Part shown: piece after piece, positions 24,701 through 25,581 of the stretch | Position numbering within the stretch: the stretch's first letter is position 1 | How the letters are laid out: the number at the start of each line of letters is the position of its first letter | DNA from: a virus | Reading direction: 5' to 3' (one strand) | DNA length: 25,581 bases | Virus record (IMG/VR): IMGVR_UViG_3300035494_000142 | The notes under the pieces: model-generated | Told to the model about the DNA's origin: nothing | The model's database searches: none | The model's input: the letters and a program-made list of their open reading frames with translations, nothing else | Program-made: the position numbers and the translations under genes

Positions 24701-25033
24701 TCCGCCAGTTAATCCACTAAGTGACGTGATATCAGTGTTTGCACCATTTTCTGCTCGTGTTGCAATTTCTGTATCAGTGTATGTATTAGCTGTAGATAGC
24801 GTTGTAGCACTACTATCATCAACGTAGGCTTTGTTTGTTGCATGATCAAGCTCAACAGGAGTTGGTACGTTTGCAATAACATTTCCGTTAGCGTCTAGAC
24901 GTGCAGAGAGCGATGGGTTTGTATCTTGGCTTAAGCTTTCTAATTTATCGTTGTTTAAATTAGTAAAGTTATCGTCAAGCTCGCGATGAGTTAACGGTCT
25001 ACTTAAGCCACTTCGTGTCGTGATGTTTGACAT
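21701..25033 (-). CDS. Long tail fibre, 1110 aa, with internal repeat modules
   Basis: Four 39-aa ETDP(I/V)FTASP...NW(N/S)TAYSWGDH units, an NGIAGLDSAGKVPAGQLP motif and SLSDV modules. AAAGGAG lies 7 nt before the ATG. Confidence 0.85.
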   Translation of the reverse strand: MSNITTRSGLSRPLTHRELDDNFTNLNNDKLESLSQDTNPSLSARLDANGNVIANVPTPVELDHATNKAYVDDSSATTLSTANTYTDTEIATRAENGANTDITSLSGLTGGVATVDYVDLNQNTSTLPIPGRMVWNPDHTCISIGLNNEVTLDVGQELLIKVRNVTGATIPNGAVVRVVGASSQTLTVEPASALFNVSSDTTIAIATQEIANNQTGFVTTAGIVRDVNTLAYPEGTVLWLSETPGQFTSTRPQFPSKSVLVGFVVRSHGTVGQVFVQVKTSADFTNLDDVSAESPQSNDVIRWDSTNNVWVNTAYTALFDQSFVLKTTSDLVEGDNLYYTNSRARDAISASGDISYDPNTGVISYVTPGNISAFANDVGYLTDISSQSINTLSDVNTAGITNGQVLQYNDITGQFEPGNTTVNETDPIFTASPSYTITNTNIGNWNTAYSWGDHSTSGYLTSETDPIFTASPAGSITSTNITNWNTAYSWGDHSTAGYALQSNIGQPNGIAGLDSAGKVPAGQLPSYVDDVIEASSYATLPAVGEVGKIYVTTDTNKAYRWSGTTYFELSAFNETDPVFTASPASGITSTNITNWNTAYSWGDHATSGYLTSETDPVFTASPAGGITAAQISNWSTAYSWGDHASENYLKDIVGQSIDSLSDVSTTGISDGETLVWNSSVQRLEPGTQATNLGALTDVAYIGTPTNGSMLTHNGTNWTDLPAGPAGSFLTVNGVGNLQWETVNLSGITEVAEDTTPSLGGDLNASGYRITNLGTPLLLSDAVTKEYVDTQLGGGGFNGDLSGNTLTDSINNKVSIDVPLEVQTTSTFGITAKDPGSGLAAAFYHVRPNEGGANIVLRTARDANSVTGQPSNVYDIRASIDDIPIGSTTTPNFNVNHAHRCNLYHPDFSMWTTVNKSSQYSTNGFWNHNSASQTFTMSNAATFMGFPVNQHDYYHAAYVFNDNDSAFYQLAEYNTKSIFRRTITEFEPTVSTFNYESGAWLEAVNPESMLMFWNQGFGISWTHEVFIKIPSWHGSPSVEVYNITPPRDGSIQNPYGGSSYVSYANIPSWYNTGTRKATLTRPTTGYDIYRIKIEYFGSDFTVKEWDIQHYD
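23081..23314. repeat. Two tandem 117-nt coding repeats (fibre units 3 and 4)
   Basis: gtgatcaccccatgagtaagctgt recurs at 23105 and 23222. The unit boundaries come from the ETDP codons at 23197 and 23314. Confidence 0.85.
23531..23764. repeat. Two tandem 117-nt coding repeats (fibre units 1 and 2)
   Basis: atgatcaccccatgagtaagctgt recurs at about 23555 and 23672. The unit boundaries come from the ETDP codons at 23647 and 23764. Confidence 0.85.
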
Positions 25034-25082
25034 TAATGAGCTCCTTTCTATAGAATATATTCAACGTTATTTATAACCATAA

Positions 25083-25102
25083 TAAAAGGCCACTAGGCCT
25101 TT
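25083..25102 (-). terminator. Rho-independent terminator (aaaaggcc acta ggcctttt)
   Basis: An 8-bp stem with a 4-nt loop. A U-run follows on the minus strand. It separates the early unit from the fibre gene. Confidence 0.7.
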
Positions 25103-25260
25103 TATTCTACAACTTCTTCAACAACGTCCTCTTCGCTGCTCAACGTTGAAATATCTTGATCTGGCGGGTCTAAAACCCAACCGGCTTGTTCGTATTCTTC
25201 TAGAGCTGACACGTTTATCACGTGGTAAATTTGTCCATTGGTTACTGTTAGTTTAGTCAT
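25101..25260 (-). pseudogene. Small ORF split between two frames (MTKLTVTNGQIYHVINVSAL then, one base out of frame, EEYEQAGWVLDPPDQDISTLSSEEDVVEEVVE)
   Basis: The ATG at 25260 overlaps the upstream stop region. The starting frame turns into an AGA/CGA Arg-rich tail and stops at 25117. The adjacent frame gives a natural-looking acidic tail ending at 25101. The junction lies near 25198-25203. Confidence 0.4.
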
Positions 25261-25581
25261 GAAAAAATAATCTCTGTACGGGTTCGTTTGTTACTGGCGT
25301 TACATCAATCTTATTAATTTTGTTCCAAAGTTCGCGCGCGACCATTAGTGTGCGCCATGCTGTTTTTTTATGTTGTTTCTTATCAAGTACACGAGGATCA
25401 ACGTCTTTATATTTCTTAAGAGTAACAATTGCATTCATAATTGCATCTTCTTGGAATTCTTTAAGAGTAATATACTCGCTTGCTGCAACTATTACTTCTA
25501 ACAACCCTATCCAATCTTCGTTTGTTAGTTTATGCAGCCAAGTCTTCCACAAATAACGATCGTCAATATCAATGCGGCCGT
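25253..25581 (-). CDS. 3' part of the junction-spanning 130-aa hypothetical protein (true ATG is at window position 191)
   Basis: The ORF stays open to the window end, and 25455-25581 duplicates 1-127, where the ATG and RBS are found. Confidence 0.7.
   Translation of the reverse strand, partial: GRIDIDDRYLWKTWLHKLTNEDWIGLLEVIVAASEYITLKEFQEDAIMNAIVTLKKYKDVDPRVLDKKQHKKTAWRTLMVARELWNKINKIDVTPVTNEPVQRLFFHD
25455..25581. repeat. Terminal direct repeat copy 2 (identical to 1-127)
   Basis: Same comparison as for 1-127. Confidence 0.95.

Noticed and set aside
21701-25033. Diversity-generating retroelement targeting the repeat-rich fibre
   Set aside because: The complete genome has no reverse transcriptase and no template-repeat/variable-repeat pair with adenine-specific differences. 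The repeats are in-frame structural modules.
1-25581. Prophage or integrated element with att sites
   Set aside because: The window closes on itself with an exact overlap, carries no flanking host genes, and has no integrase.

Overview
This window is a complete, circularly closed genome of a small siphovirus-like tailed dsDNA phage. Bases 1-127 are identical to 25455-25581, so the unique length is 25,454 bp.

Almost all genes are on the minus strand and tightly packed, often with ATGA or TAATG stop/start overlaps. Reading in the minus direction:
- a long tail fibre (25033-21701) and three small virion-type genes
- small and large terminase, portal, a 162-aa orphan, scaffold and an HK97-fold major capsid
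- connector genes, tail tube, an HK97-gp10-like protein, and a tail chaperone with a canonical -1 frameshift (A_AAA_AAC) into a T-like extension
- tape measure, two baseplate/hub proteins, a 1023-aa gpJ-like central fibre, a small fibre-like protein and a membrane-anchored coiled-coil protein
- a short early region (191-3533) with a SegE-like GIY-YIG nuclease and a P-loop/SF2-like putative replication protein

The outlier is 3534-5199. This is about 1.67 kb with only one convincing ORF, the only plus-strand gene (4685-4987). It contains:
- a 587-bp ORF-free foldback element (3685-4271) closed by a perfect 32-bp inverted repeat, with nested internal helices
- two exact 30-bp hairpin repeats 299 bp apart
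- several iteron-like repeat sets
- a good sigma70-like minus-strand promoter

I consider the foldback element the most interesting object. It could be a large structured RNA, an origin or cruciform, or a MITE-like insertion.

All functional calls come from motif recognition, size and synteny read by eye. No homology search, RNA folding or statistics were run.
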